This document shows, piece by piece, positions 37,364 through 47,136 of a DNA stretch of 64,000 bases. Both the position numbers and the translations under genes were made by a program. The stretch comes from an uncultured Hyphomicrobiales bacterium (GTDB lineage: Bacteria > Pseudomonadota > Alphaproteobacteria > Rhodospirillales > 2-12-FULL-67-15). Within the stretch, counting starts at the first letter, position 1. Every line of letters starts with the position of its first letter. Location: assembly GCA_964412955.1 (NCBI GenBank), contig CAYPQV010000007.1, positions 21,795 to 85,794 on the forward strand, in the 5' to 3' direction. The notes below the pieces were generated by a model that ran no database searches, was not told where the DNA came from, and saw only the letters and a list, made by a program, of their open reading frames with translations.

Positions 37364-39076
37364 ATGACCGCCGCCGCCGTCGTCGTCCGCCCGCGCATCC
37401 AGTGGGGACGCGCCGCGGTCGCGCTCGCGGTCGCGGTTTTCCTGCTCGTATTTCTCGTGATTCCGGTCGTGCGCGTGGTGTTCGTCGCGTTTCTCGACCC
37501 GCGCACCGGCGCCTTCACCCTGATCAACTTCGTCGATTTCTTCAACACCTCCCTGTTCCTGGAATCGTTCTGGAATTCGATCTACGTGGCGGGCATGGCG
37601 GTGGTCTGTTCGACGCTGATCGCGCTGCCGCTCGCCTATTTCACCACCCGCTTCAATTTCAGGGGCGCGGTCCTGATCCAGAGCCTCGGCTTCATTCCCC
37701 TGATCATGACGCCCTTCGTCGGCGCGGTGGCGATGCAGATGATCTTCGGGCCGAACGGGACGCTCAACCTGCTGCTCGGCGATTGGCTCGGAATCAACAT
37801 CCCGTTCATGCGCGGGCTCAACGCCGTCATTTTCGTCCAAAGCATCCATTATTTTCCGTTCATCCTGATCAACCTGTCGGCGAGCCTGGTGACCATCGAC
37901 CGCACCATGGAGGAGTCGGCGCAGAACCTCGGCGCCCACGGCTTCCGCCTGTTCCGGCGCGTGGTCTTTCCGCTCGCCATGCCCGGCTATGTCGCCGGCG
38001 CCTCGATCGTGTTTCTCAAGGTGTTCGACGACCTCGGCACGCCGCTGCTGCTCAACGTCAACAACATGCTCGCGCCGCAGGGGTATTTGCGCATCACCAC
38101 CATCGGCATCAACGACCCGATGGGCTACGTGATCTCGGTATTGCTGGTGGTCTTTTCCCTCGCCTCGGTCTGGGGCGCGCTGCTGACATTGCGCGGCAAG
38201 GATTACGCCACCACGCAGAAGGGCGGCGGCGGATTGAGCAAGCGCGACCTGCGCCCGTGGGAACAGGCCGGCTGCTACGCCGTGGTCGGGCTGATCCTGC
38301 TGGTGGTGCTGTCGCCGCACATCGGGCTGCTGCTGCTTTCCTTCGGCACCATCTGGTCGTTCGCGCCGCTGCCGGACGCCTACACCCTCGCCCATTATAC
38401 GGAGGTGTTCCAAACATCGCCCCAGTTCGTCACCAACACCCTTCTCTATTCGTCGGTCGCCGCCCTGATCGACGTCGTGCTCGGCACCGCCATCGCCTAC
38501 ATCGTCATGCGCACCGATCTGGCCGGCCGGCGCTGGCTCGATTACGTCGCCATGTCGGCCATCGCCGTTCCGGGCCTGGTGCTCGGCATCGGCTATCTGC
38601 GCACGTTCTACGACTACCAGTTGCCGTGGAGCGGCGGCCAATCGCTCGCCTCCTGGTGGGTGATCCTGGCGATCGCGCTTTCGGTGCGGCGCCTGCCTTA
38701 CGCGCTCCGCGCCTGCAGCGCGGGCCTTCATCAGGTGAGCGAGGCGCTCGAGGAATCGGCCGAAAACCTGGGCGCCACCAAATGGCGCACGATCAAGCGC
38801 GTGGTCGTGCCCCTGATGCTGGGCGCGATCCTCGCCGGCTTCGTCACCAGTTTCGCGACCGCGGCGGTCGAATTGTCCGCCACCATCATGCTGGTGACGA
38901 GCGAAACCGACGCGCCGCTTTCCTACGGCATCTACGTCTTCATGCAGACCCCGGCGGGCCGGGGCGCGGGCGCCGCGCTCGGCGTGATCGCGGTGGTGAT
39001 CGTCGGCCTGGCGACGTATCTTTCCCACCGCGTCGTCGAGGAAAGCAGCCGATCACACTCCATGACCGCGCCATGA
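37364..39076 (+). CDS. ABC transporter permease (fused double domain, FbpB/AfuB type)
   Basis: Two EAA loops (MEESAQNLGA, LEESAENLGA); about 12 TM segments. Confidence 0.93.
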   Translation: MTAAAVVVRPRIQWGRAAVALAVAVFLLVFLVIPVVRVVFVAFLDPRTGAFTLINFVDFFNTSLFLESFWNSIYVAGMAVVCSTLIALPLAYFTTRFNFRGAVLIQSLGFIPLIMTPFVGAVAMQMIFGPNGTLNLLLGDWLGINIPFMRGLNAVIFVQSIHYFPFILINLSASLVTIDRTMEESAQNLGAHGFRLFRRVVFPLAMPGYVAGASIVFLKVFDDLGTPLLLNVNNMLAPQGYLRITTIGINDPMGYVISVLLVVFSLASVWGALLTLRGKDYATTQKGGGGLSKRDLRPWEQAGCYAVVGLILLVVLSPHIGLLLLSFGTIWSFAPLPDAYTLAHYTEVFQTSPQFVTNTLLYSSVAALIDVVLGTAIAYIVMRTDLAGRRWLDYVAMSAIAVPGLVLGIGYLRTFYDYQLPWSGGQSLASWWVILAIALSVRRLPYALRACSAGLHQVSEALEESAENLGATKWRTIKRVVVPLMLGAILAGFVTSFATAAVELSATIMLVTSETDAPLSYGIYVFMQTPAGRGAGAALGVIAVVIVGLATYLSHRVVEESSRSHSMTAP

Positions 39077-40176
39077 AGCCGGACACCCAACCCCCGCCGC
39101 GCGCCGCCGGAATCACCCTGGACCGGGTGCGGATCGCGTTCGGCAATAACGTCGTCATCAGGGACGTGAGCCTCGAGATCGCGCCGGGCGAGTTTTTCGC
39201 GTTCCTCGGGCCGTCGGGATCGGGCAAGTCGACCCTGCTGCGCGCCATCGCCGGTTTCGGGCCGGAGCCGGAGGGACGCATCCTCATCGGCGACGAGGAC
39301 GTGACCCGTCGGCCGCCCTGGACCCGCAACGTCGGCATGGTGTTCCAGAGCTACGCGCTGTGGCCGCACCTGAACGTGCGCCGGAACGTCGCCTTCGGGC
39401 TGGAGGAACGGCGCCTGCCCGCGGCCGAAATCGGCGAGCGGGTCGACTGGGCGCTCAAGCTGGTCGGCCTCACGGAATTCGGCGAGCGGCGGCCGTCCCA
39501 GCTGTCGGGCGGCCAGCAGCAGCGCGTCGCGCTGGCGCGCACCATCGTCATCCGGCCGCGCGTGCTGCTGCTCGACGAGCCGCTCTCCAACCTGGACGCC
39601 AATCTGCGCGTGACGATGCGCCGCGAAATCCGCGAGCTGCAGCGCCGCCTCAACCTCACCACCGTGTTCGTCACCCACGACCAGGAAGAGGCCAACACCG
39701 TTTCCGACCGCATCGCCGTGCTCGACGCCGGCGTGATCCAGCAGGTCGGCCGTCCGATCGAGCTGTACGACAACCCGGTCAACCGTTTCGTCGCCAGGTT
39801 CCTCGGCACCGCCAACCTGCTCGACGGTACGGTCGAGCGAAGCGCGGGCGAAACCGCCTTCCGTTCGGCCGGCGGGCTGGTCGTGCCGGTCGGCGCCGAC
39901 GCCCCCGCCGCGGGCGCGCCCTGCGCGCTCCTGTTCCGGCCGCAAAGCCTGACCATCGCGGCGCCGGCCCGGGCCGCCGCCGACGGCCGCGTCCGTTTCG
40001 AGGGAACGGTCGCGCACCGCGAATTTCTCGGCAGCCACGTGCGCTACGCGGTGCGCGTCAACGGCCACGACATCCTGGTCGATTCCGGCCACGATCCGGG
40101 CGAGCCGGGCTTCGAGAAAGATGACCGCGTCTCTCTCTTTCTCGACCGCAACCGGACCCGCGTGCTGACCGCTTAA
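39073..40176 (+). CDS. ABC transporter ATP-binding protein (PotA/FbpC type)
   Basis: GPSGSGKS, LSGGQQQR, LLLDEP and VTHDQEEA motifs; TOBE-like C-terminus. ATGA overlap with the permease. Confidence 0.95.
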   Translation: MKPDTQPPPRAAGITLDRVRIAFGNNVVIRDVSLEIAPGEFFAFLGPSGSGKSTLLRAIAGFGPEPEGRILIGDEDVTRRPPWTRNVGMVFQSYALWPHLNVRRNVAFGLEERRLPAAEIGERVDWALKLVGLTEFGERRPSQLSGGQQQRVALARTIVIRPRVLLLDEPLSNLDANLRVTMRREIRELQRRLNLTTVFVTHDQEEANTVSDRIAVLDAGVIQQVGRPIELYDNPVNRFVARFLGTANLLDGTVERSAGETAFRSAGGLVVPVGADAPAAGAPCALLFRPQSLTIAAPARAAADGRVRFEGTVAHREFLGSHVRYAVRVNGHDILVDSGHDPGEPGFEKDDRVSLFLDRNRTRVLTA

Positions 40177-40182
40177 CGGCGA

Positions 40183-41583
<1,401 letters not shown>

Positions 41584-41976
41584 GGGAGAATTCCTGAAGC
41601 GGGAGGGATGGGGCGAAGGGGGCGGATTTAGCAGGGGGGCCTATGCCCGGCAAGGCCGAAAGGATCGGCGGAAACCGGCGCGGGCGCGGGCCCGCGCGCG
41701 GCGCTCGCGGCCCACGCGCGAACAAGCCCGCGCCGAGGTCGCACCGGGGTAACGCCGGGGCTGCGCCAAGCCGGCACGGGGTAAAACCGGCTTAAGACGT
41801 TGATCAGACACGAAACACCTCGATTCCTGTAGACATTTGTAGACCTTTTCGCGGGCGGGCCGCGGGCGGCGGGGTTTTTTCGTATTCGCCATGTCCAAAA
41901 ATCCTCTACCCACCTTTCATCGGCCAAGGCCGACGCGCGCGGCCGGCGAAGGAGGGGGCGGAATCGCGAACGAAAA

Positions 41977-42005
41977 ACTATACCCTATTATAGGAATATT
42001 GTCAA
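41977..42005 (-). promoter_or_regulatory. Near-consensus sigma70 promoter with a dyad in the spacer
   Basis: Minus strand TTGACA-ATATTCCTATAATAGGG(17 nt)-TATAGT. The spacer contains CCTA-TAA-TAGG. Confidence 0.65.
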
Positions 42006-42032
42006 ATAACCGTCTCGGGGAGCCCCTTCCCC

Positions 42033-42203
42033 CTACCCCTGCAACGCGTTGAAGTCGTCGAGCAGCATGGCGATCCGCACCGAATCGACCCGGTCCATCA
42101 TCGGGAGCGCCCGGTGCCGGGCGGCGAGGACATGGTGAGATCGTTGGAGCCGACCGCGAGGAAATCGCACACCTTGGCGAGCGAGTCGGCGGCGAGCGCC
42201 GCG
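42033..42203 (-). pseudogene. Decayed, internally deleted duplicate of the ptsI 3' end
   Basis: 42033-42128 matches 44628-44723 and about 42130-42203 matches about 44975-45048, with scattered substitutions. Ends LQG* versus LQE* in ptsI. Confidence 0.88.
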
Positions 42204-42304
42204 ATGAACGCGGCGTCGGCGCGCTGGCCGAAGCGCACCAATGGGGCCGGGTCTACTTTCCCACGAAATGCGGACCCGGCCCTGGTTGCTCCCTCAACGG
42301 TTTG

Positions 42305-42784
42305 CTACTTCTTCCTCGGATCGTCCGCCGGGTCCAGGTAGGCCAAGCCCCACGGACCGACGCCATGCAACTGGATGACGGTCTCCTCCTTGGTGTAGCC
42401 GAACATCGGCGTGCCAGGCGGCATGATCGCGACGCTGCCCGGCCCGAGCGCCCGGGTCTTCGCCGCGTCGTAGCGGTCCCCGGCAGTGAAGTAGAAGGTG
42501 CCCGAAAGCACCGTCACCCGCTCGTACGCTGGGTGTGTATGGGGCGCGATCTTGGCGTTCTCCGGCAACCTGAGCCGAAAGGTGAACGGAACGGCCTTAT
42601 TGAGCGGGCCCTCGATGACCGCGATCTTGGCGCCCGGCGCGACGGCCGGGGCATCCGTCCATTTGAGCTCGGCCGGCGCCACCATAAGGTGGTCGGTTGG
42701 GGATTCCGCGCGCGCGGCCGAAGGAACGGATGCGCCGAGCGCAACCGTCATCGCGGCCAAGGTCGTAGCAATTGATACTTTCAT
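42305..42784 (-). CDS. Exported cupin-domain protein (DUF4437-like)
   Basis: Signal peptide; IAPHTHPAYERVTVLSG and QLHGVGPW motifs. GGAG RBS. Confidence 0.85.
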   Translation of the reverse strand: MKVSIATTLAAMTVALGASVPSAARAESPTDHLMVAPAELKWTDAPAVAPGAKIAVIEGPLNKAVPFTFRLRLPENAKIAPHTHPAYERVTVLSGTFYFTAGDRYDAAKTRALGPGSVAIMPPGTPMFGYTKEETVIQLHGVGPWGLAYLDPADDPRKK

Positions 42785-42837
42785 GGTTTCTCCTGTGAAG
42801 ATCGGTTGAGATGATCAACGGGGCAGCTCGGACTTCA

Positions 42838-43314
42838 TCAATACGTCTGCTTCCTGGCGACGATGTCGGCCTTCGTCGTGCCGACGATTTCAAACAGCTC
42901 TTTCTGCTCGGCCGCCGGGACCTTGAACTTGTCTAGGGATTTCTTGAACTCCCCGGCCATCACGCCCCACTCCTTCTCACTGATGTTCAGATGGACGTGG
43001 GATTCCGCCATCGCCTTCCCGGTGTACTTGCACGGCCCACCGGTCGCCGCGCAGACCATCTGGGATACCTGGAACTTGAGGTAAGGCGCCGGAGAACTCT
43101 TCCGGCCGGCGTCAATGGCGGGATTCCTGTTCAGCTCCTTGTTCGCCACGAGCCGGTTGATGAAGTCATCGACGACAGCCGTAATGCCTTTCAGGCCGCC
43201 CAACCGGTCATGAAGGGATTTCTGAGCGCCGGACTGTTGCGCGGCGGCGATCGGCGCGGAAGAGATGCCCAACGTCAACGCCGCGGACAGCAGGGCGATT
43301 CGCAAAATATTCAT
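42838..43314 (-). CDS. Exported group 1 truncated hemoglobin (GlbN-like)
   Basis: Signal peptide; SLHDRLGG, VVDDF, ATGGPCKYTG and proximal His in MAESH. Confidence 0.9.
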   Translation of the reverse strand: MNILRIALLSAALTLGISSAPIAAAQQSGAQKSLHDRLGGLKGITAVVDDFINRLVANKELNRNPAIDAGRKSSPAPYLKFQVSQMVCAATGGPCKYTGKAMAESHVHLNISEKEWGVMAGEFKKSLDKFKVPAAEQKELFEIVGTTKADIVARKQTY

Positions 43315-43421
43315 CTGTTCTCCTGGACTGGGTTTTAGGCTCAACGATTCAACGCGCCGCCATGGAGCCCCGAACATGTCAGCCTCATGACCGGTCAGGC
43401 CGTACTCCCGAAGATGGCGTT

Positions 43422-43709
43422 CTATTGGCGTTCGTAAACCCGGACTTCTGGGTCCGCCGAGAGGTAGGGCTTCAACTCCCTCACGACATCGTTACCGAAC
43501 AGCGCGCTCTTCAGGTAGCTTTCCGCCGAGGCTCGCGAATCGAATCCATGAAGCACCTGTACATCCTCCTCGCGCAGGAGGAGCTCTTTGGATTCCGCGC
43601 CGGGAATCGTCGCGAGAAACGAGGGTTTGTACTTCGCGTAAATCGCGCCGGCCTTCGCGCGATCCTTCGCGGGCACCTTCATCGTGATCGCAAGATATGC
43701 CTTGTTCAT
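43422..43709 (-). CDS. Small hypothetical protein (dimeric alpha-beta barrel / DUF1330-like)
   Basis: GGAG RBS; YKPSFLATIPGAESKELL..DVQVLHGF; 95 aa. Confidence 0.75.
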   Translation of the reverse strand: MNKAYLAITMKVPAKDRAKAGAIYAKYKPSFLATIPGAESKELLLREEDVQVLHGFDSRASAESYLKSALFGNDVVRELKPYLSADPEVRVYERQ

Positions 43710-43801
43710 CGTGGTCTCCTGTCAGTTCGCGCGGAAATCGCCGCGCCGAAGCTCCCGCAATGGGGGCGTGCCCACAATCTGACAGGTCGAACCGAGCCGC
43801 G

Positions 43802-43819
43802 CTGTTATCTAGATAACAG
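43802..43819. promoter_or_regulatory. Perfect 18-bp palindrome, Crp/Fnr-type site
   Basis: CTGTTATCTAGATAACAG, i.e. TGTTA-N6-TAACA, the same geometry as CRP TGTGA-N6-TCACA. Lies between the Crp/Fnr gene and the downstream genes. Confidence 0.7.
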
Positions 43820-43832
43820 TTCCGCAGGATTT

Positions 43833-44513
43833 TCAGGATTCGATCAGCTTCGCGATCTCCTCGAACCCGCGAACGCATACGTATTCACGGTTGTATCCGA
43901 GCACTCCCCTGTCACGGAGCTTGTTGAGGATCGTGCTCACAACCGGCCTGCTCGCCCCCACAAGGTCGGCCAACTCCTGTTGCGTGAGGCGAAGGTGCTG
44001 CCCGAAGCCATGGTTGCAGCGGGTCGCGAATCCTCCTGACAAATCCCGAAAAGCCTGGGCGAGCCGTGCCTCGGTTCGTTTGAACGCGAAGCTCTCGAGC
44101 CTGCGTTCCATCTGGCGCTGGCGCTGCGCGAGGAGCGAGACAAACTCCCAGGCGGCCGCAGGGTGGAGCAGCAACAGGCGCCGCCACTCGCCGATCGGCG
44201 CTCGCCATATGGAAACGGCTCCCTTCGCCCTCGCCGTGTCCTCGGCCGCGGTGGCGCCACTCAGGGCGGGACCGAAGAAATCTCCGGCCCCCAATGCCGC
44301 CGTGGTGAGAGTCGCGCCGTCATAGCTGACCCTTGCGATGGTCACCTGGCCATCGAGAACGCAAAAGACAGTTCGCCCGGGATCGCCTTGCCGGTAGATC
44401 GTGCCGCGGTGCCGAATCGCCACAATCCGAGCCGTCGGACAGTCGCGACGGAGGTCTTCCGGTGGAATTCCCGCCAGAAGCGGACATCCCTTCAGCTCAT
44501 TGGGCTTGTTCAT
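43833..44513 (-). CDS. Crp/Fnr family transcriptional regulator
   Basis: IYRQGDPG and GDFFG cNMP-like domain; HTH LTQQELADLVGASRPVVSTILN. Confidence 0.93.
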   Translation of the reverse strand: MNKPNELKGCPLLAGIPPEDLRRDCPTARIVAIRHRGTIYRQGDPGRTVFCVLDGQVTIARVSYDGATLTTAALGAGDFFGPALSGATAAEDTARAKGAVSIWRAPIGEWRRLLLLHPAAAWEFVSLLAQRQRQMERRLESFAFKRTEARLAQAFRDLSGGFATRCNHGFGQHLRLTQQELADLVGASRPVVSTILNKLRDRGVLGYNREYVCVRGFEEIAKLIES

Positions 44514-44627
44514 CGGGCTCGCCGGCTTTTCCTCATGTTTTCCGCTTCGATCGGCGGCCCAACACTAAAACGAACCGATTCCGATCGAAGTTGACGGCCA
44601 TGCTTGTCGCTTTTGAAAGTTCCCTTT

Positions 44628-46403
44628 TCACTCCTGCAGCGCGTTGAAATCGTCGAGCAGCATGGCGATCCGCACCGGATCGACCTGGTCCATCATCAGG
44701 AGCGCGCGATGGCGGGCGGCGAGCGAATCCATGGCGCGGATGCGCTGCTTGACGCGCGGGAGGCTGGCCGCCGCCATCGAGAGCTCGCGGAAGCCCAGGC
44801 CCACCAGCAGGGCGGCGTAGCGCGGATCGCCCGCGATCTCGCCGCAGATGCTGACCGGAATGGCGGCGCGCAGGCCGGCCTCGGACGCGAACTGCATCAG
44901 GCGCAGCACCGCCGGGTGCAGCGGATCGAACAGGTGCGCGACCGTCTCGTTGGCGCGGTCGACGGCGAGCGTGTACATGGTGAGATCGTTGGAGCCGATC
45001 GCGATGAAGTCGCACACCTTGGCGAGCGAATCGGCGGCGAGCGCCGCGCCCGGCACCTCGATCATCGCGCCCACCGGCGGCAACGCGTTCTTTTCCGAAA
45101 GCCGCCGGTGCATGCGGCGCGCGGTCTGTTCCAGGATTTCGCGCGTCTTGCGCACCTCGCCCGCCGTGGTCACCATCGGCAGCAGAATGCGCACCGGCCC
45201 GTGCGCGGACGCGCGCAAGATAGCGCGCAACTGGGTTTCGAGCGTGTCGCGCTTCTGCAGCGAGAGGCGGATGCCGCGCAGGCCGAGCGCCGAGGGCCCG
45301 CCGCCGCCGAGGCCGTCGGTGAGCGCGGCGGCGAGCTTGTCCGCGCCGACGTCGAGGGTGCGGATGGTGACGGGGCGGCCCTCCATGGCGGCGACGACGC
45401 GGGTCAGCTCGCGCGCCTGTTCGTCCTCGCTCGGCACGTCGTCGCGGTTCATGAACATGAATTCGGTGCGCAGCAGCCCGACGCCCGCCGCGCCGGCCTG
45501 GCGGACCGCGTCCATTTCCAGCGGCAGTTCCACGTTCGCCTCGAGGCGAATCTCGACGCCGTCGCGGGTCGCCGCCGGCAGATCGCGCATGCGGGCGAGG
45601 CGGCGGACCTCGCGGTGGCGTTCCTCGCGCCGGCGCTCATAGGCCGCGAGCGTCGCCGGCACGGGATCGAGGATCACCCGACCCGCGTCGCCGTCGATGA
45701 TCGCGACGGTTCCGCTTTCGGCGTATTCCATCAGGCCGGGGACGCCGAGCACCGCCGGCAGGCCCAGGGCGCGCGCCATGATCGCGGTGTGGCTTTCCGC
45801 GCCGCCGATCACGGCGGCGCAACCGACGACGCGGCCGGGATTCAACTGCGCGGCTTCGGCCGGGGTGATCTGGTCGGCGACGATGACCGAGCCCTTGGGC
45901 GCGACCGAGAACGGCTTGACCGGATCGCGCGTCAGGTTGCGGATCAGGCGGGTGCCGATGCCGCGGATGTCCTCCAGCCGCGCGGCGAGATAGGGGTCAT
46001 CCATGGCGGCGAAGGCGCGCGCGATTTCGCCGATCTCGGCGTCGACGGCGGCTTCGGCGTTGACGCGCTCGCGTTCGATCCGCCCGCGCGCCCCGCGCAG
46101 CAGGCGCGAATCGCCGAGCATCTGCCCGTACACGTCGAGCAGGTGGCCCATTTCCTCGCCGGCGGCGCCGCGCAGATCCTTGGCCTTGGTCCTGAGCCGG
46201 CCGAGCTGGCGGCGCGCCGCGCCGACCGAGGCGTCGAGGCGGGCGAGTTCGGCCTCGACCGCGCGCGCGGCGATCGCGTAGGTGGGGACCTCGACCGATC
46301 CGCTCGCGCGCACGTAGGCCGGGCCGACGGCGATGCCCGGGGACACGCCGAGACCCTTGAAGGTCCGCTCCGGCCGCCGTTCCGACGACATGGCCGACGA
46401 CAT
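44628..46403 (-). CDS. ptsI: PEP-protein phosphotransferase (PTS enzyme I, no GAF domain)
   Basis: GVSPGIAVG, SHTAIMAR (phospho-His), GVGLLRTEF, GAMIEVP and IGSNDL motifs. Confidence 0.95.
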   Translation of the reverse strand: MSSAMSSERRPERTFKGLGVSPGIAVGPAYVRASGSVEVPTYAIAARAVEAELARLDASVGAARRQLGRLRTKAKDLRGAAGEEMGHLLDVYGQMLGDSRLLRGARGRIERERVNAEAAVDAEIGEIARAFAAMDDPYLAARLEDIRGIGTRLIRNLTRDPVKPFSVAPKGSVIVADQITPAEAAQLNPGRVVGCAAVIGGAESHTAIMARALGLPAVLGVPGLMEYAESGTVAIIDGDAGRVILDPVPATLAAYERRREERHREVRRLARMRDLPAATRDGVEIRLEANVELPLEMDAVRQAGAAGVGLLRTEFMFMNRDDVPSEDEQARELTRVVAAMEGRPVTIRTLDVGADKLAAALTDGLGGGGPSALGLRGIRLSLQKRDTLETQLRAILRASAHGPVRILLPMVTTAGEVRKTREILEQTARRMHRRLSEKNALPPVGAMIEVPGAALAADSLAKVCDFIAIGSNDLTMYTLAVDRANETVAHLFDPLHPAVLRLMQFASEAGLRAAIPVSICGEIAGDPRYAALLVGLGFRELSMAAASLPRVKQRIRAMDSLAARHRALLMMDQVDPVRIAMLLDDFNALQE

Positions 46404-46409
46404 GGGCGC

Positions 46410-46715
46410 CTAGTCCTTTTCGTCGAATCCGGCTTCGACCAGCGCGACGATCGCCGCCATCGCCGCGGCCGCTTCCGGTCCGCGCGCCTCGATCCCGATG
46501 TCCGTGCCCGGGCCCGCCGCCAGCATCATCAGGCCCATGATCGAGCCGCCCGACACCGTCTGTCCCGCGCGCGAGACCCGGATGTCCGCGTCGAACTGGG
46601 ACGCCAATTTGACGAATTTGGCCGCCGCGCGCGCGTGCAGGCCGCGCTGGTTGCGGATGACGACCGCGCGGCGAAGCGTGTCGCCTTGACGCGCCGGAGA
46701 CCGTTCCTTGTTCAT
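46410..46715 (-). CDS. ptsH: HPr/NPr phosphocarrier
   Basis: NQRGLHARAAAKFV and GGSIMGLMML motifs. Confidence 0.93.
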   Translation of the reverse strand: MNKERSPARQGDTLRRAVVIRNQRGLHARAAAKFVKLASQFDADIRVSRAGQTVSGGSIMGLMMLAAGPGTDIGIEARGPEAAAAMAAIVALVEAGFDEKD

Positions 46716-46725
46716 GGCGACGATT

Positions 46726-47136
46726 TTATGAATCCCGCGCCAACAACTGCGACGCGACGTTGATGTACTTGCGCCCGGCGTCCTGCGCGCTGACCGCCGC
46801 CTGCAGGAGACCCTCGGTCTTGCGCGCGCCGGCCAGCTTGATCAGCATGGGCAGGTTGACGCCGGCGATGACCTCGACCTTCGCCTTGTCCATGATCGAA
46901 ATCGCGAGGTTGGAGGGCGTGCCGCCGAACATGTCGGTCAGCACGACCACGCCGTCGCCGGTATCGGCGCGGGCGACCGCCTGCAGGATTTCGGCCCGCT
47001 TGGCGTCCATGTCGTCGTCGGGGCCGATGCCCACCGCCGTCGCCTGGGTTTGCGCGCCGACGATATGTTCGAGCGCCGCGAGCAGTTCGACGGCCAAGCG
47101 CCCGTGGGTCACCAGCACCATTCCGATCATCGTCAA
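46726..47136 (-). CDS. PTS EIIA, mannose/fructose type (ManX-like)
   Basis: IGMVLVTHG, TDMFGGTPSN and GVNLPML motifs. Confidence 0.93.
   Translation of the reverse strand: MTMIGMVLVTHGRLAVELLAALEHIVGAQTQATAVGIGPDDDMDAKRAEILQAVARADTGDGVVVLTDMFGGTPSNLAISIMDKAKVEVIAGVNLPMLIKLAGARKTEGLLQAAVSAQDAGRKYINVASQLLARDS

Noticed and set aside
35839-39072. Apparent 1445-aa ABC ATPase with a huge N-terminal extension
   Set aside because: The extension is an off-frame read through the SBP and permease genes. The real start is ATG 39073, which overlaps the permease stop.
41628-41927. 99-aa and 90-aa minus-strand ORFs upstream of ahcY
   Set aside because: No recognisable domain and atypical composition. Not called as CDS, though the region is flagged as a finding.
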